DNA of 64,000 nucleotides, from NCBI RefSeq assembly GCF_006345805.1, contig NC_043002.1, forward strand, positions 105,400,001-105,464,000. The letters run 5' to 3'. Position numbers and translations under genes: made by a program. This DNA is from Octopus sinensis. Lineage: Eukaryota. Positions 1 to 13,174 of the stretch are shown here, one piece after another. Numbering within the stretch: the stretch's first letter is position 1; each line of letters opens with the position of its first letter. The notes beneath the pieces are model-generated. The model had not been told where the DNA came from, did not search any database, and saw nothing but the letters and a program-made list of their open reading frames with translations.

Positions 1-358
1 TTGCAGTGTTTATAAGCAGCCTTTGAATCCGTATCTTCTTCCTTGATTGTAATGTCGATGAAATATGTCTAAAGTTAATTATAGGAACGCATATTTCTTT
101 ACTCGATTATACCAAGAATTTGGAGTTGGATGTGTATGTGCTTCAGAAGATTACTTCGAAACTGTGCGATTTGTTTTCAAAAATAATCCTTCGTTCTTTG
201 GGAAGAGGTCTTGGAGTCTTGTACTGTTGTGGTTAATAAATATGAATATATGCGAAAATAGATAGACAACTAAACATACACTTAGATGCGCGTATGTATA
301 TGTTATACATATGTGCGTGTGTGTGTGTGTGTGTGGTGCGTGTGTGTGCGCGCGCGTG

Positions 359-389
<31 letters not shown>

Positions 390-560
390 TAAATATTTAT
401 GCGAGTATTTGCAATACATCTCGTTGCTACGTGCTCTGTTTTCAAATAACACGTTGGTCAAATTGAATTTTTCATGAATGGGATTTGCTAAAGAATGAAC
501 CCGTCCAGTGAGCAGTAATATAATTTGTCGTATCCTCATACGAGCAACAAACGTAAATTT
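1..560 (-). mobile_element. Possible heavily decayed Penelope-like reverse transcriptase fragment, split by a (GT)n array
   Basis: Frameshifted minus-strand patches (EKFNLTNVLFE.., ..SKFLV*SSKEICVP.., FIDITIKEEDTDSK) fall in the order expected for PLE RT motifs (F.F....Y.Q..G.AMG; HP.IKFT.E; LPFLDI). Recognised by eye only. Confidence 0.3.
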
Positions 561-799
561 ATTAGATAAAATATTTATTTTAGCATGTACGTGCGCATGT
601 GAACATATATGTGCGTGCCTGTCTGTCTGTCTGTCTGTGCGTTCGTGTGTGTGTGTGTGTGTACGTGCGTGTGTATGTGTGTGTGTGTGTGTGTGTGTGA
701 GTATACGTACATCAAAATAAGATGGAAGCTTCTTGCTGATCGATTAACTGATGAGATATACATACTGGATGATTCTGTGTTGTATATGTTCCCCACCAT

Positions 800-960
800 G
801 GACAGGGCACCGGAGTATCACGTGATCCCTCATATTTCTCAGTTGATTGGACTGGTTCAATGTGAAATGAAGTATCTTGCTTAAGATGCATCAGCAGGTA
901 CTCGAATCGAAATAACGACCATCAGCGCTACTCTCTAAGCACTAACCCACGCGCCTCACC
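800..960 (-). mobile_element. Degenerate tRNA-derived SINE 5' part
   Basis: Minus strand reads GGTGAGGCGCGTGGGTTAGTG (A-box-like) .. TTCGATTCGAG (B-box-like), then GCATCTTAAGCAAGATACTTCATTTCAC (SINE core-like). Confidence 0.55.
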
Positions 961-1199
961 ACCTCACCACTATATATATATATGTGTGCATATGTATGGA
1001 TGCATGTATGCATGTATGTATGTATTATGTGTGTGTGTGTGTGTGCGTGTGTGTGTGTGTGCGTGTGTGTGCGTATGGGTATAGATAGATAAAGACATAC
1101 AGAGAATGCAGTTATGCAGTAACATGCACCATTGCATATTTGACACACTCACACTCTCTCTCTCTCTCTCTTTCACACAGTGCACACACCCACACATAC

Positions 1200-1243
<44 letters not shown>

Positions 1244-1493
1244 GATAATATATATATATATTGATAGATATATAGTTAGATAGATAGAAAACGAAAGTGA
1301 AAGTGAATGCCATTATATTGTATTGCTTTATTTATTACACTAATCACCATATATTGTTGTCATTATTGTTATACCGTCCTTCCATAATCAGCAAGCCCCC
1401 CCTCCTCCATTACCCCATTACTAACATTCAATTTCTACAATGACTTTAACTGTCCCGTCTTTCAGTCTCTCTCTCCCTCTCTTTCTAGCTCTC

Positions 1494-1533
<40 letters not shown>

Positions 1534-1710
1534 CTCTCTCTTCCTCTCCATATGACTGCCTTCACTTGCAAAGATACTATTAGCTTTCAGGTATCAGTGT
1601 ATCTATCTCTCTATAAGTCGGATTATCTATCTGATAATATCTATCTGACATGTTTCAAGCATGCGTATGTTATGTATGTATATATGCATGCATGTATATA
1701 TGCATGCATG

Positions 1711-1768
<58 letters not shown>

Positions 1769-1884
1769 CAGACAGGCAGAAATAATGAGAGAGAATGACA
1801 CAAAGAGAGGAATAGACGAAAAGAGAGAAAGTGTGTACGAGAGGGAGAGATATACACTTACATGCATTCAGAGGAACAGACAGA

Positions 1885-2250
<366 letters not shown>

Positions 2251-2416
2251 GAGAGAGAGAGATATATATTCATCTATCTTTCCAAATTGCCTCATACTCA
2301 CTCTTTTCAATACAAAGAGTACTACTTGTGATCAATTGTATATAATATAATGTAATATAATATTATATGCGTGTGTTTGTATATATACATATATACACAT
2401 ATTCATATATATATAA

Positions 2417-2494
<78 letters not shown>

Positions 2495-3815
2495 GCATAC
2501 ATGTGTGTGTGTGTGTGTATATAATATAGACGTGCATGCATATACGTACTACATTCATATATACATACTTACGTATACATCCATATATATACATACTTAC
2601 GTATACATCCATACATACTTACGCATGTATATACATACAATTTATACGCTTTACAAATAATAATAATACAAACACATAAAACTAGTTTTAAGTTGCTTGC
2701 TGTTCGCCAAAGAAGCGACATCAAATACAATTTTGTGAATGAATATTACAAATGGCTACGTTTGAATAGGACGTTAATTAAGGCCTAATCTGATGTCGCT
2801 AATGAGGGGAAATCATTGTAAACGCCATTTACGACTCTTTTTTTTTTTATGTCTTCTCAATTCATAATTGAAGAAGGCAAGGGAGAAAGACATGGAACTA
2901 GTTCCGTGATCCCTATTTAAGCGTACCTCTCCCTCCTCCCTCTCCTCTTAATGACTCTCTCTCTCTCTCTCTCTCTCTCCCTCTCTCTCTTGTGTTCTAT
3001 TTACTTGCCTAACCTCTTTCCTCGCTGTCCCATAACCCTTCTTACCGTTCCTCTACTTCATAGAAATTATTTAGTTTTTTACTCAATCTTCTCTCTTTAC
3101 CGCGGTGGTAGTTGCTGTCTCACCGTATACTAATGATAATATACTGAATTGAAACATTTTCGATTATCCAAGATATTAAGCCATGCAATTAGTAGACACA
3201 AAGTTCCCTCTGTGGGGTGGAAAGCTGATTCCGACAAGACGACTCGATCGAAGTTTTTGTGCCCTACATACAGAAGACATTTGAGTAGAGCTTCAGATTT
3301 CAGAAGCAGTAAGTGAAACATGGAGTATATTCCGGTCTATATGAGACCTCCTAAGAAATGCATATTTTTTTCTTCCAAGGCAAAGAATGATCGATATGTG
3401 TTCGCTGTGAGTGTGTGTGTGACTCTGTGTATGCATGTGCGTGTGTGTGTGTGTGCGTATGCGTGTGTGTGTGTGTGTGTGTGTGGTGTGGATTTTTGTA
3501 TACGTGTATACGTGTATGTGTGCATGAGTGTATCTCGAAAGAGACAAAGACAGAATGATGTCAGGCTGATTATGTTTTTCAATAATATTGTTTGTTGTTT
3601 CACCTCCTTTCTTCTTCCCCCCCCCACCGCCCACCGCATTTATCTCTCACTTATACATAATATACATACTTATATAAGTATATATACACACATATATATG
3701 TATTTATATGTATGTATATATATATATACATACACGCATACATATATTATATATATATATCAGTGCAGTAATATCTATGTATATATATATATATTGACAT
3801 GCTTCTTTTCTCCAG

Positions 3816-4184
3816 AGAATAAACAAACAGGAACCCCGTTTTCATTTGATCGGTTCGAACAGCAGCGACGCATTCGAAATCTTCGGATCTTATTCTACAT
3901 TCTTGAATCCGTAAAAGACTTTCTAACTCAGTCAGAGTGGAACCGTGTGGTTGGAGTGCTTCTCTGCATTGATATGCTCATTGTTTCCTAACCTGGATCC
4001 ATAATATCGGCAATGGAACTCTTGGACGGCATGTGAGGTATTCAGTAAGCCTTGGGGAAACAGTTGGGTGGAAATATTGGTGCATGTAATATCAGTAAAA
4101 AACAATTTTGCGATTTCCGAGACGAGAATCTGATTCCAAACTGCCTGCATTTTTCTCCCAAGTGATGTCAAATCCACCAAATAG
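3816..4184 (+). other. Candidate spliced exon, probably non-coding or 5'UTR (could end with ATG: MSNPPN..)
   Basis: Non-repetitive 369-bp block between acceptor GCTTCTTTTCTCCAG| and donor ATAG|GTGAGC. All three frames contain stops. No compatible next exon found. Confidence 0.25.
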
Positions 4185-4322
4185 GTGAGCCTTGTCTTAT
4201 GTTTTTCAACATTACACATGGACGAAGTTGACTCAGAGAAAAAAAAAACAATCATAATGAGAATTTGGAAACGACAGGCACTTTCCAAAGGCGACTGTGA
4301 TCTAGAAGGCCTTTAAATAGTA

Positions 4323-4840
4323 AAGGGTGTTCCAAAAGTCTCTCCGCATGCGAAACTTTGCTATCACTGCATGGGCAACCGGGTGTCAGCCATTCTCCCT
4401 CAGTCATTGTGTACCCTTCAGCCTGTACACACGCTAACCATTGAAGAACGTACGTTTTTAGTTGAATGGGTGTTTCGAGCTGGAAACAAATACATAGATT
4501 CTGTGAAACAGAAGTTCAGTAAAACTGTTCCAAAAACTGTTGTTCCACATCGTGACACTGTGCAGGGATTTCATACGAAAATTTAGAAACAGAGGCTCAG
4601 TGGAAGACACAGCAAGAAGCGCTAGGCCTACTGTTCTTTCAGATGAAACACTCTCCAATATTTCTGATAAACTTTTGGAAAGCCCGTCAAAGTCCTTACG
4701 CAAATTGTCACAGGAAACGGAAATCGGCCTTGGAAGTGTTCACACGGCAGTTAAAAAGAAAATAAATTTTATGTATTGAAAATGAAGGACGACACTTTCA
4801 ACACCTCTTATTAAGTTTTTTAAAGATTAATAATGTCTAA
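4323..4840 (+). mobile_element. Internally deleted Tc1/mariner-type DNA transposon (DUF4817-like HTH N-terminus fused to the transposase C-terminal peptide)
   Basis: Starts TA+AAGGGTGTTCCAAAAG (TIR-like). Encodes TIEERTFLVEWVF..(fs)..IRKFRNRGSVEDTARSARPTVLS..SPSKSLRKLSQETEIG, then jumps to CIENEGRHFQHLL. The DDD catalytic region is absent and no right TIR is seen before the gap. Confidence 0.8.
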
Positions 4841-4867
4841 TATATTATTTTGTAGTCTTATTTAAAT

Positions 4868-4967
4868 NNNNNNNNNNNNNNNNNNNNNNNNNNNNNNNNN
4901 NNNNNNNNNNNNNNNNNNNNNNNNNNNNNNNNNNNNNNNNNNNNNNNNNNNNNNNNNNNNNNNNNNN
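4868..4967. other. Assembly gap (100 N)
   Basis: Direct reading. Confidence 1.
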
Positions 4968-5544
4968 CAAGTTTATGATTAGCAAATGCTTTTCGTGCAA
5001 AACAAGAAAATCTACGTTATTTACTATTCAGAGTGAATTATTGAAAAAGACATGACCTCGGCTTTTATACATCTAACAATAAACTAAGCATTGAACCCTT
5101 CCTCTTACAACAGTAAAGTGTGACTTAATGGAGATTTTAACTGATATTTCTTGCTGGTGAAGCAACCACATTGGGTTGTAATTATTGCTGCTAGAGTTGT
5201 TACTGGTTTTCCATGTTAATGCTATTCTTATCATTCGCCAAATTTCTAGACTTCATGATTTAATATGAATTTTTTTTTATTATTATTAAATCTAGTTTCG
5301 CTATTTTAGTTCATTTACTATGATTGGCGGGAAAAATTAATAAGCAAATGCAAAGAAAATGGAGAAGATGCCTTGAGGGAATAGCAGCTCTATTGATGAT
5401 GGTAATGATGATGATACTGATGGGGTGGGCATGGATATTGTGGAGGGGTGCTGTGTTAATGACGGTGAGGTAACGAAGTTACTGACGATGGGGACGATGC
5501 TGCTGCTGCTGTAAGTGGTGGTGGTTATCGTGTAGCTATGATCG

Positions 5545-5629
5545 AGTTGGTGTTGTTGATGATGATGATGAGGAGGAGGAGGGGGTTTGTTGATCACGAT
5601 GATGAGGATGATGATGATGGTGATGATGG

Positions 5630-5665
<36 letters not shown>

Positions 5666-5802
5666 CGATGATGATGATGATGACGATGATGATGATGATG
5701 ATGATGGAGGTGGTGGTGGTGGTGGCGATGATGATGATGATGACGATGGTTGTGTTGGCATTCGTAATGATAACACGATAACGACGACAATGGTGAAGAC
5801 GA

Positions 5803-5862
<60 letters not shown>

Positions 5863-6023
5863 TATTATTATTATTATTATTATTATTAGTATTATTCTTA
5901 TTATTATTATTATTGTTATTATCTTCATTATTATTATTATCATCATCATCATCATCATCTTATCATATTATTATTATTAGTATTATTATTATTATATTAT
6001 TATTATTATTATATTATTAATTA

Positions 6024-6068
<45 letters not shown>

Positions 6069-6116
6069 GCTATTATCTTCTTTATTATTATTATCATCAT
6101 CATCATCATCATCATC

Positions 6117-6166
<50 letters not shown>

Positions 6167-6347
6167 CATCATCATCATCATCATCATTATTATTATTATT
6201 ATTATTATTATATTATTATTATTATTATTATTATTATTGTTATTATCTTCATTATTATTATTATCATCATCATCATCATCATCATAATCATTATTATTAT
6301 TATTATTATCAATATTATTATTATTATTATCATCATTATTATTATTG
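5545..6347. repeat. Compound (GAT)n/(ATT)n/(ATC)n trinucleotide array
   Basis: Direct reading. Confidence 0.97.
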
Positions 6348-6922
6348 CCGTGGTCGTGGCGTCAGTGGTAAATACGTGAGTTACTGCGTTCACTGGTGAC
6401 GGTGATTGCGAGTGTGAACGACTGGTGTTGTTTTCTATGTTCAGAAACGAGTTCATTAACGACTTTGTAAATACACGAGTGAATAAACACAGATTTTGCC
6501 ATGTACTGGGTAATTCAAAAGTATGCATACACACAGAAATATCATTTAAATTACATCCTAAATTCCCCCAAACAACATCAAATACATAGTATCGTTCGCC
6601 ATCGAAACCTTCCTGATTTCATAGAAGACCCTCCAGCCGTTCTTTATGGTGTCTGACTAATGTTATAAAATAGATAGTTTTTTTTTTTTCTACTTTAGCG
6701 CAACAAAAGTTCTGGGTCGACTCTAGCAAGCCATTCATTTCCGGGGATTCTATTAAAAAGAAAAAATAAAGAAAGAGGAAGCAGGTATGAGGAGTACACA
6801 GGCAGCCTAATGGGTGCATTTCTGTGGATTGAACCAATAATTATCGGGTGTCATTTCATGTTTTTATATGGCACGGAATTATTGTGTATTTAATATTTTT
6901 TATCTAGTATACACACAACACC

Positions 6923-6954
<32 letters not shown>

Positions 6955-6963
6955 GTGTGTGTG

Positions 6964-7017
<54 letters not shown>

Positions 7018-7024
7018 TATATAT

Positions 7025-7196
7025 AACGGGAAAGTTTACGAAAAAGAAACAAAAGACGAAGGCAGGTGGAGTACAAACAAACAAATGTATTAGTATAGCG
7101 CTCAGGAATAGAAATAGAAAAAGTTTTTACGTTTCGAGCCTACGCTCTTCGACAGAAAGATATACAGAAAAAAAAGCAAGGAGAGAAACAAGGAGT
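7025..7196 (-). mobile_element. Penelope-terminus-like dispersed repeat (family D) with degenerate HHR-like fold; second copy 61054-61240
   Basis: The two copies align (AAAAGACGAAG.CAGGTG..GTACAAA..ATGTATTAGTATA.CGCTCAG..GTTTCGAGCCTA). Minus strand reads CUGUCGA-A-GAGC GUAG GCUC-GAAA-CGUA. Both copies abut (TA)n. Confidence 0.6.
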
Positions 7197-7232
7197 ACGT
7201 ATGTATGTATATGTATATATATAGTCAACTCA

Positions 7233-7470
7233 GATAAACAAGCTATTCAAATACATGAATAAAAACGGACAACATGAGGATTTGCATAAGGAATGTATTA
7301 GCTTAGCGCTCGGTGAAAGGAGATTGGTGTTTAGGGAGTGTGTTAAATATCCCAGGGACCCAATAATTAAAGGGATAAACCTGAACTTGTAATCTGGATA
7401 AAGTAACTGTAGATTTCTCAATAATTCAGCATAGGTAATCGCTTTTTCACTGATCTTCAGCTTTATTTTA
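7233..7470 (-). mobile_element. R4/Dong-type REL-endonuclease non-LTR retrotransposon C-terminal fragment
   Basis: RNLQLLYPDYKFRFIPLIIGSLGYLTHSLNTNL is nearly identical to the longer copy at 34053-34410. Confidence 0.75.
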
Positions 7471-7490
7471 ACATACGCTAAGCAGCTAAT

Positions 7491-7530
<40 letters not shown>

Positions 7531-7757
7531 CGTGTCTGAGTGATTTTGTATCTCTGTGTTTACCCTTCCCCCATCACCACTTGACAACTGGTGTTCGTTT
7601 GTTTACATCCATGTAACTTAGTGGTTCGGCAATAGAGGCCAATAAAATAAGTGCCAGGCTTCAAAAAATGTCCTGGAGTCGATTCGTTCAACTAAATCCC
7701 CTCATGGCTGCAGTCATATGACTGAAACAAGAACAAAAAGATAATAATGTGTGTGTA

Positions 7758-7788
<31 letters not shown>

Positions 7789-8329
7789 TGTGTGTGTTGT
7801 GTGTGTGTTGAGAGAGAGAGAGAGATAGTGTGTCTGTGTGTGTACATAGAAACTTACATTTGAAGCATTTGTATATCAGTGAAAGGAATTACAAAACAAA
7901 CACATATACAGCAAAGAGTAATAAAGATAAAATAATATGTTATGAACCAAAGAAATTTAATGTTTGTCCTTCGAAATTAACTTTTTACCCGAAATTTCAT
8001 AAAAGAAAATTATTTTCTAAGTCCCTTTCATAAGCGTTTCTGACTAAAATATTACATCAAACAATTCTATATTTAAGAGATGAGGTTTCATGTACATTAT
8101 TTACATTATTACAAAAAAATGCCAGAATATTTGCAAATTCTGAACCCATAACGACCTCTTCGTTTTGCTTACAGTTCCAAGAGGCTTCTTCCAATCCTAA
8201 ATGTACTCAGAAGCCATTTTCATGATTTCATTCTCGGGCTTGAAGGCTGCCGGGTGTCTATGTTATATGAAGGCTCGGCATTGCAATATTCCCGCTGAAC
8301 GAGATCCGTTCCGTTGTGGAGGTGAAGGA

Positions 8330-8490
8330 CAGCACTTTTTGAGGGGAGAGCACGTGTCGATTACATTGAACTCGTAGTTTATTTCATTGGTCTCAAAGGA
8401 ACCAAAGGCAAGGTTGGTTTCGGTGGAATTTAATCGCAAAGAGCCGGAAGAAATGACGCGAAGCATTTTGTCCGATATGCATACAATTTT
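8330..8490 (-). mobile_element. Degenerate Meta-domain-type SINE
   Basis: Minus strand AAATTCCACCGAAACCAACCTTGCCTTTGGTTCCTTTGAGACCAATGAAATAAAC..ATGTAATCGAC aligns to the copy at 12097. Confidence 0.6.
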
Positions 8491-8756
8491 ACCAGGTAGC
8501 TGCCTTGACATACCTCTCCCGTAATTACAAACTATTTTTCCGTGTTCACCTTCTCAAACTCCTAAGCAATACTAATTTATGAGTCATATTTACGAGTCAT
8601 ACGGTGTCAAAATTTTGGCCACTGGAAACTGCAATCTGCTCAACGACAAAAAAATTTGTTGTAAATATTTTTATCAGTGAACAGATCGCACATATAATTC
8701 TAGTGGCACAAATCCGGCCACCATGGGTCTTTGTGTGTTTCTAAATGGTTAAATTA

Positions 8757-8925
8757 CCTTATTTTAATGTGTATAAGGAGCCCCCTAATCTGTTAGGCTT
8801 AAAATTTGGAAAAAAGGATTTGAAAGGGCTTATAATATTATCCGTATATAAGAAACTGATATATTTTTTAAACCTAATTTTTGACAAAAATGGGTTCTTG
8901 GTTCCTTATACACGTTAAAGTACAG
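8757..8925. mobile_element. 169-bp MITE, Tc1/mariner-pogo type
   Basis: About 26-bp imperfect TIRs (CCTTATTTTAATGTGTATAAGGAGCC / GGTTCCTTATACACGTTAAAGTACAG) flanked by TA at 8755-56 and 8926-27. Confidence 0.7.
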
Positions 8926-9283
8926 TATAGCTTCCGCGCTGAGACTTTCAGCACACGATCTCAAATCAAAACACTTGCCATGCAAACACATACACACACA
9001 CGCGCGCGCGCGCGCGAAGGCACACGCACACCATATATATAAATATATATGTTACGGACATATATATATATACATACATATATATATTATATAATATATA
9101 TTTAGCAATTAAGGACAACTACTTAATAAGGAAAACTTAACAAGAAATTGTCAGGTAGATAGCGTGAAAACCTCATAAGAGAAATTTCGAAATAATTATT
9201 TCTTATTGAACATATAATTTATATATAAGGGCATTATACATACATGCCACACGCTAAGGGACAATTATCATTTCTACCAAAAA

Positions 9284-9424
9284 TATTACTAATATCCCAC
9301 CGAATGCAATTTTTCAAAGTAGAGACATTTAAAAAATGAATACGTAAGTATGAATCACTGTGATCAGGTCTATATTTTTTTAAATGTCTTACTTTGAAAA
9401 ATTGCATTCGGTGGGATAGTAATA
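9284..9424. repeat. Inverted repeat / MITE-like hairpin with about 50-bp arms
   Basis: 9284-9337 pairs with 9372-9424 (TATCCCACCGAATGCAATTTTTCAAAGT / ACTTTGAAAAATTGCATTCGGTGGGATA). Confidence 0.85.
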
Positions 9425-9889
9425 AATATATATATATATATAACATATATACAATATATACTCATCTCTCTCCACACACACATACACATATATTTATATA
9501 TATATATATTACAGCGATATATACTCACACACAGATACACACACACATACATACACAACATGTACTTGTGTTTGAAAACACATATACAATGAACAAAGTT
9601 ACCGAAGGAGAGCCATGCAAAAATCGTGATGCAGCGAATGGCGGCTTTAGAATCTCTTCGCATTTCTGTTTTTGCAGATATGTCGTCTATTAACTTCTAC
9701 GCAGTCGCTGCGTAGAACAAACCACACAACACTTTTCGCAGTGGTGCAGGGCTGTTCCTGGCCGTAACCATGAAACGATCTTACAATCTTTTTCACCTCT
9801 GACCTTTCTTTTATCCTATTATCTTGCCTGACATTAACACATTAATCCCGCCTTTTCCTCGTTTCACCGACCTGGTTAGTCATACTTTG

Positions 9890-11065
9890 ATATCGTCGTT
9901 GCCTTCATCATAGTCGTTGTTGTTGCTGTTATTGTTCTTGTTGTTGTTGTTGTAAATTTTGGTGTTATTATAATCGTTTTTGTTATTATTGTTGTTTATT
10001 ATTATTATTACTGTTGTTGTTTTTGTTGTTGTTGTTGTTCTTATCGTTGTTTCATTACTGTTGATCTTGCTGCTGCCGCTGTTGTTGATGTTGTCGTTGT
10101 TATTGTTGTTGTTAGTAGTAGTAGCAGTAGTACTAATTGTAGTAGTGGTGGTGGTGGTAGTGGTGGTAGTGGTGGTAGTAGTAGTAGTATTAGTAGTAGT
10201 AGTAGTGGTGGTGGTGGTGGTGGTGGTGGTGGTAGTAGTGGTAGTAGTGGTGGTGGTGGTGGTGGTGGTGGTAGTAGAAGTAGTAGTGGTGGTGATGGTG
10301 GTGATTGTGGTGGTGGTGGTAGTAGTAGTAGTAGTGGTGGTGGTGGTGGTGGTAGTAGTAGTAGTAGTGGTGGTGATGGTGGTGGTGGTAGTGGTAGTAG
10401 TAGTGGTGGTGGTGGTAGTAGTAGTGGTGGTAGTAGTAGTAGTAGTAGTGGTGGTGGTTGTGGTGGTATTAGTAGTAGTAGTAATAGTAGTAGGTGGTGG
10501 TGGTGGTGGTGTATAGAAGTAGTAGTAGTGGTGGTGATGGTGTTGTGGTGGTGGTGGTAGTAGTATAAGTAGTATGGTGTGGTAAGTAGTGTAGTAGTGG
10601 TGTGGTGGTGGTGGTGGTAGTAGTAGTAGTATATAGTATTGGTGTGATGGTGGTGGTGGAGTAGTAGTGTAGTAGTGTAGTGGTGGTGATGGTGGTGGTG
10701 GTAGTAGTAGTAGTATAGTAGTAGTGGTGGTGGGTGGTGGTGGTAGTAGAAGTAGTAGTGGTGGTGATGGTGGTGATTGGGTGTGGTGGTAGTAGTAGTA
10801 GTGGTTGGTAGTAGTAGTAGTAGTAGTGTGGTGTGTGGTGGTGGTGGTAGTAGTATAGTATAGTAGTGGTGGTGATGGTGGTGGTGTAGTAGTAGTAAGT
10901 AGTAGTGTGGTGGTGATGTGGTGTGGTAGTAGTAGTTGTAATAGTAGTAGTGGTGGTGGTGGTGGTGGTATTAGTGTAGTAATGTAGTATTGGTGGTGGT
11001 GGTGGTGGTGTGGGTAGTAGAAGTAGTAGTAGTGGTGGTGATGGTGGTGATTGTGGTGGTGGTGG

Positions 11066-11118
<53 letters not shown>

Positions 11119-11119
11119 G

Positions 11120-11151
<32 letters not shown>

Positions 11152-11161
11152 GGTGGTGATG

Positions 11162-11193
<32 letters not shown>

Positions 11194-11460
11194 GGTGGTG
11201 ATGGTGGTGGTGGTAGTAGTAGTAGTAATAGTAGTAGTGGTGGTGGTGGTGGTGGTAGTGGTAGTAGAAGTAGTAGTAGTGGTGGTGATGGTGGTGATTG
11301 TGGTGGTGGTGGTAGTAGTAGCAGTATGATGGCTCATATCATTGTTGTTGTTCTTATTGTTTATGTTGATGATGATGATGTTGGTGATGATGTTCAGCGG
11401 TTTTTTTTAGTGATGATGACGGTGTCGGGGATGTTTTTAATTATTGTTGTTGTTTTTTGT
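9890..11460. repeat. Large compound (GTT)n/(GTA)n/(GGT)n array with higher-order periodicity
   Basis: Direct reading; landmark TAGAAGTAGTAGT..GGTGGTGATGG recurs five times. Confidence 0.95.
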
Positions 11461-12096
11461 TCTTGGTAAAATCGGTGGAGGCGGGTGGAGGTGTAACGTG
11501 TACTAATTACACAGCAGTGTTGTTGTTGTTGTGGTTCGTGTCGTGGTAGGTAGAGGTCTCAAAACCTTTGTAGATGGTGACGGTGACGGTGGTGGTTAAA
11601 TTCGTTTCTCTTTTTATATTACATATTTTTCGTGGTTGTCCTCCAAGAACGGCGGCGGTGGCGGCGGCAGCGGCGGTGGCGGCGGCAGCGGCGGTGGCGG
11701 CGGCAGCGGCGGTGGCGGCGGCAGCGGCGCTGGTGGTGGTGGTGGTGGTGGTGGTGGTGGTGGTTGTGAGGATGGCGTGGTGGCGATGGTTGCTGATGGT
11801 GGCGGTGGGAGCTGGATTTAAATAATTGATTTTGTTGTGGGCGGGTGTGTTGGTTAATACGATAAAGTTACAGGGGTTGCCGGTGATGATGGTAATGATG
11901 ATGAAGATGATTACGGTAATGAACACGACTACGACAATTGTGATGATGATGATGGTGGTGGTAGCGGCGGTAGCGTTGGTGGTGGTGGTGGTAATTAGGG
12001 CAATGGCGATTATGATGAGTGTAATGATGATGATGATGATGATGATGATGATTGTGATGATGATAACGTTGATGATCATCATCATCATCACCATCA

Positions 12097-12252
12097 CGTT
12101 CTGAGTTCAAATTCCACCGAGGTCGACTTTGCCTTTCATCCTTTTCGGAATCGATAAATAAAGTACTAGTTTCGCAGTGGGGTCGATGTAATCGACTTAA
12201 TCCCTTTTATTGACCCCTCTATGTTTAGCCCCTTGTGGGTAGAAAAGAAATA
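12097..12252 (+). mobile_element. Meta-domain-type tRNA SINE, 5'-truncated (other copies: 24305-24430 -, 26540-26775 +, 28722-28856 +, 45119-45266 +, 54262-54388 +, 54504-54682 +, 63067-63148 +)
   Basis: GTTCTGAGTTCAAATTCCACCGAGGTCGACTTTGCCTTTCATCCTTTTCGGAATCGATAAATAAAGTAC recurs across the window and matches my recollection of the MetaSINE central domain. Confidence 0.8.
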
Positions 12253-12470
12253 TAATAATAATTATTATTTTATTAAATATTATTATTATATTATTAATTA
12301 ATGTTATTATATTATTATTATTATTATTATAATTAGTATTATAATTAATATTATTAATTTATTATTATTATTATTAATAATAATAATAATAATAATATAA
12401 AATAAAATAATGATATAATAATAATAATAAATAATATTAATTTATTATTATTATCATCATCATCATCATT

Positions 12471-12511
<41 letters not shown>

Positions 12512-12949
12512 TATTATTATTATTATTATTATATTGTCATGGCGGTGTTGTTGTAGACTATGTTAAACGATCAAGATTATGACGACGACAAAGGCGATGA
12601 TGATAATGACGGTGATGATGAGGAGGAAGATGAAAGGGAGAATGTCAAGGAGGAAGCGTATTGATATAAATAATTATGATGACAATGATGGTATTAAAGT
12701 TAATCACCACGATAACGGTAATAATGATGATCATGATGATGTTGATCACCATCATGATCATAACCGGAAACTCGCGTTTTAGCCTCCATTGTGTTCGAAT
12801 TATCTTTGATACAATATTCATGTATCACTGAATACTCAAAATATATCAGCTGGTTTTGAACACTTGGTTATAAATTATCGAGAAAAATTACAGAACAAAC
12901 AGCATAATATATCTTTTAATTATTTGTATACACACACACACACACACAC

Positions 12950-12993
<44 letters not shown>

Positions 12994-13174
12994 AAGAAAT
13001 AAATTTTTTCATTGACACTGAAAATGATAGTTTGTCTTGCGACGGTGTTTCACGCTGCTGCGATTTGCAGGCGAGAACTGATACAATCTTGTATTGGTGG
13101 TATATTTATATCCTTTGGTGTGAGTTTATTTGGATTAGTGTTATTTTTTGTCCATCGGTTACCTCTACATGCTG

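Noticed and set aside
745-770. Other CTGATGA/CTGAAGA hits (also near 41744, 50334, 53665 and 56269)
   Set aside because: No stem II followed by GAAA, and no closing stem I.
6699-6784. 86-bp AG..GT exon candidate (similarly 30961-31081 and 58934-58962)
   Set aside because: Short AG/GT-bounded segments are common by chance; no recognisable peptide or phase-compatible partner.
9880-11337. 485-aa poly-Thr, mucin-like ORF on the minus strand
   Set aside because: Translation of a (GTA/GGT) array; triplet repeats lack stops by construction, and internal 1-bp indels scramble the frame.
11641-11730. (GGCGGTGGCGGCGGCAGC)n reading as a (Gly5Ser)n synthetic-linker-like peptide
   Set aside because: Grades continuously into surrounding GGT/GGC repeats with no vector or gene context; an 18-bp minisatellite.
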